Source: the human T2T-CHM13v2.0 reference genome, Homo sapiens. From it: 64,000 nucleotides of DNA. The notes under the pieces are model-generated. The model saw nothing but the letters and a program-made list of their open reading frames with translations, did not search any database and was not told the DNA's origin. Positions 57,060 to 64,000 of the stretch are shown here, piece after piece. The stretch lies in the NCBI RefSeq assembly GCF_009914755.1, contig NC_060936.1. One strand, 5' to 3'. A program made the position numbers and the translations under genes. How positions within the stretch are numbered: the first letter of the stretch is position 1; the number at the start of each line of letters is the position of its first letter.

Positions 57060-57700
57060 AATAATTTTTAATGCCAGGTTTATTGAGGCTTAATGTACAT
57101 TCATAAAAGTCACTTATTTTATCATGTCGTTTGATAAGTTTTATAAATCTGTCCTGCTCCACCACAACAATCTGGATATAGAACATTTCTTTATCTCAGA
57201 GTTTTCTCAGACATCTTTGAAGCCAGACCCCTTTTCCCTTTCTACTCCTGGCAAAAGCTGATCTGTTTTCTGTCCCTAAAGTTTCTCTTATTCCACAATT
57301 TGATGTAAATGGGATCATATAGTACATGATCGTGTGTCTGTCTCCTTTCACATAGCATAATACTTGTGAGATTCATCCATCTTATTACATGTATCAGCAC
57401 TTCATTTATTATATTGAGTGGTATTCCATTGTATAGATTAACCACAATTCATTTATCCATTCTTCAGGTGTGAGGCATTCAAGTTGTTCCTGGCTTTTGG
57501 CTATTCTGAATAAAGCTATTATGAACATTTGCATACAGATTATTTTGTTGATAGATGTTTACATTATCATGATAAATGTCTAGGAATACGCTTACTGAGT
57601 AATATGAGAAGTTATATGTAACCTTCTAAGAAACTGCCTAAATTTTACAAAATAGTTATAACATTTTCCATTTTCACAAACAAACTATGAGGGTTCAAAT
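57060..57700 (-). mobile_element. L1MB/ME-type 3' end
   Basis: GAGATTCATCCAT...GTATTCCATTGTATAGAT. ORF 57242..57445 (WMNLTSIMLCERRQT) resembles the ORF2 C-terminus. Confidence 0.7.
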
Positions 57701-59144
57701 TCCCTCCCAAGGGAACCAGTCCAATTGGCCTGGCCATATGTGCACACCTTGGTCAGGAGAAAGTAAAATTTCTTTTTGACAATTCCACAAAATTAAATTC
57801 TGTGAGAAGGTAGTCATTTTCAAAATGAAAATAAGATCCTGTCAGTAGAAGAATGACTGTGGAGCAGATAAAAACAGAGATATCTTTTGCAACTTAAGTT
57901 AGTTAAAATGCTGCAGAAGTGAGAAGATGGTTGGACCACTGATTGTGTTTTTAATATGACTCCTGGCTTACCAATAATCATTTCATGACCTTCTATACCG
58001 CATTTGACTTCTCAATATAACATTGTTCTCACTTGTAACGCTAGCGCAAAGAAATGGATATCTTGTTGAGGTCACTGCCATCTTGAGCTTCTGTGATTAA
58101 TCTGAGCCATAGAATATTAATTAAACATATATTGAGTAAACACATTTAAAAGGCTGAGGAGCCTAAGGCCTTTTCTATTCTATTTTAATGCCTTTTGTTT
58201 ACTGCCATTTCTAAATTAGATAAAAAGCTTTCTACTCCATTAGTTTTAATAATAGTTAAAGTTATTAAAATGCCTTAGGATTACAAATATGCTTTTGTCT
58301 GTGTATGGGTGTGTGAGTGCATGCATGTGTGTGTGGCATTTATAAATAATTGGCAAGTGATTTACATAGATCACATTTGTAGCAGAAGTGCCAATCTGAA
58401 GTTTTTAAGATATTATTAACAGAAATTACATTTTGAAGAACAAATGAAAGCTGCCGTATCCCAAATGCTACTCAGTCAAGCAGCCCTGATTCCTACTTGC
58501 TTGATATCCAAAATAGTATTGTGTACGTATGGTCTAGAAATCTTATGACAATCCAGCAATTGTTGCAGATTTAATTACCTCATATAAAGCAAAACACATA
58601 ATCTTTTTTTTCTGGTGAAAATGTTCCTATTAATGAGTCTTCAGATTTTCCATAGTCCTTAATTGCTAAGGGAAATAATAATTTAAAAAGCCAACATTCA
58701 ATCATTGCTAAAGTGGAGTGAAATGGACTCCACTTTAAGAGACTGGGCATTAGTAAATTAGAGTGGTTAAAAGATATGTTACAAAACATAATCTAAGTAG
58801 ATCAGAGAAGGCATATAAATGGTTTACTTCTCACATTTTGAATATTTATTCATATTTCTCTTCTCTCTGTCTTGTCCAATTACTTCAAAGGCCCTTAGCA
58901 TATGTGCTAGCTTCCCACTTCACTGTGGGTTTCCCCTAGGATATTGGAATTTCAAATCTAGTTTATAGTTGTGAAATAAAAGATTTTATGATACTATTTT
59001 AGAAACTCTGTGTTATAGGAAATAGTAAGTCATTTTTTAAGATGCAAGAGACAGAGAGAAGCAGGATGGAGTAGTCTCATTTTAGCTCTGAGAGAATATG
59101 TCTTTGTAACATTCATGTATTGTATTAATCAAGACCCTCTTTTA

Positions 59145-59465
<321 letters not shown>

Positions 59466-60631
59466 CTATCTCAGACTACCCTGAAATTAAAAGGGGATTT
59501 TATGGGCTAAAAAAATAGGGGATCTTAAAATTATGAAATGGCTTTCGACCTTGTCCCCAAAGTTATACTCTTAGGATACTGTCTCTCCATTTTTTGGCAT
59601 TGCCTTCCAGTGCATGGCTACATCAGGCACACTTTCGAGAAAAGGACAAAATAAATATGACCATCAGCAGCTCTAGCCAGATGTGGCATATTAGTTGATT
59701 TCGCCTGGATTGTTTGTTCCCCCGGGGGTCAAAGATGAATTCAGCCCCTCCAAAGTCACTTGAGCTTTCTAACGGCTGGTAATTATATAGTACAAGTTTA
59801 TGCCATCAAGGGGGTTTTGTCCTGACCACAGATTGAGGTATCACTCTCTGTTATTATTAATGAAAAGTTATTATGGCTGGATTACAGGTGATTTTTTTTC
59901 TTTGTCTTATGTTTTCAGATATTTTATAATAAGTATCTTATTTCTGATTGCAAGTTGCATATTTTTAAATGTATTTCTTTCTTAAATTAGAATAAACATT
60001 TGATGTGTTCATCCATTGTAGTTGTGTTTTTCCCTTCACAGCTATTGTAATAGATGGTGATCATATAGTCCATGATATCTAAAGTTGAGGAAATACAGTT
60101 CTTTTGTAAAGAGAGGAAAGTTATTAAACAAACTCTAACTTTTATGATGCATACTTCAAATTAAAAAAAGATTTTTGGTAGCTAGGAGATATGAATTAAT
60201 AAAAAGTTAATGAAATTCAGGTATACTTATCACCATGCAAACTACTCCAAAGAGCCTAGTTAATCATTTGGGGAAACTAAATTAACATTAATAGATCTCC
60301 CTTATGAATGCTGAAAAAATAATGCTATAATGTTAGTGAGTAAATTAAACTTCTAGGAGTACATACTATATTTCTCAATAGTTATTCAAAGACTATGAGA
60401 TACTTGTCTCTTTTCCACATAAAAAGACTTTCTTCAAATTAGGGATCCATTCAATACATTGCTCTATGCCTTCAATCCACTATTGAGACCTACGTTGAAA
60501 CTCTACTTTTCATGTGTACACTCTAATGTCTGCCAGTTGGTAAGTTATGATTATCTTGGCTGATCGTTATCAATAATCCCACGGTGAAATTCAGAATATA
60601 TGAGAGACCCATAATTAAAATATCTGGGAAA

Positions 60632-61064
<433 letters not shown>

Positions 61065-61090
61065 TCAAGACCCAGCTTGAATTGCTACCT

Positions 61091-63509
<2,419 letters not shown>

Positions 63510-64000
63510 TAGTAGAGTAAAAGGAAAACATTCTGTAAATAAATTTAATAAACTATTATGGGTGCCATGAAGATGCTTTCTAGATATATGAAGGAATCAT
63601 ATCAAACAGTGTTTTAAATTATAAAATTTCCCTAAGTATAAAATCTTTCCTTACAAAATGACGAGTTAAGTATATTCCCATTTGACAACTTAAAAACTAA
63701 AGTATTGAGAAATTACATAACATGCCCATCATCATAGTCTGGCAAACAGCTTTTGGATACAAGCACTCCTTATTTGCTGTCTTCTGTCTCCCTCATCAAA
63801 TTGCAACCTTGGTAATATTGATTTGTATTTCCAGCAATTAACATTGTGCCTGGCATAGAGTAGATACTTAGTTAAAAGGTTTATTTTCTCTTCCATATGT
63901 AGTTTCAAACTATCTTTTAAGCTATCTCTGTGCAGTCCGCCAGCACTGAAGACTGAGCCAAACCCTGCAGACCCAGTTATACAACATGAACCCAAATGAG

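Noticed and set aside
58709-58737. 11-bp perfect hairpin TAAAGTGGAGT/ACTCCACTTTA with a 7-nt loop
   Set aside because: A stem of this length is not unexpected by chance in 64 kb of AT-rich DNA, and there is no other support.

Overview
Primate (probably human) AT-rich intronic or intergenic DNA dominated by interspersed repeats. No host-gene exon, RNA gene or CRISPR array is recognisable. Main elements: (1) a full-length ~6.16 kb L1PA3-type LINE-1 (7888-14048, +) with a 17-bp TSD, an intact YY1 site, the extra ~130-bp 5'UTR segment that later L1s lost, broken ORF1/ORF2 and an open, C-terminally extended antisense ORF0; (2) a near full-length older L1PB-type element (21047-26762, +) with an internal triplication, a deletion and a micro-inversion; (3) a twin-primed L1PA5-like insertion (61091-63484) and two ~200-bp L1PA10-like 3' stubs at ~30 kb, one also twin-primed; (4) Alu/FAM, L1M, L2, MIR, MLT LTR and small DNA-transposon relics. 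The most unusual non-catalogue features are local template-switch scars: a perfect 51-bp inverted repeat inside a MIR (44619-44779), a 114/118-bp dispersed duplication next to a hairpin (46665-47304) and the L1PB micro-inversion. There is also a good CTCF-like site at 39261. I see no convincing previously undescribed biological system. Subfamily names come from remembered consensus sequences and need RepeatMasker/Dfam confirmation.
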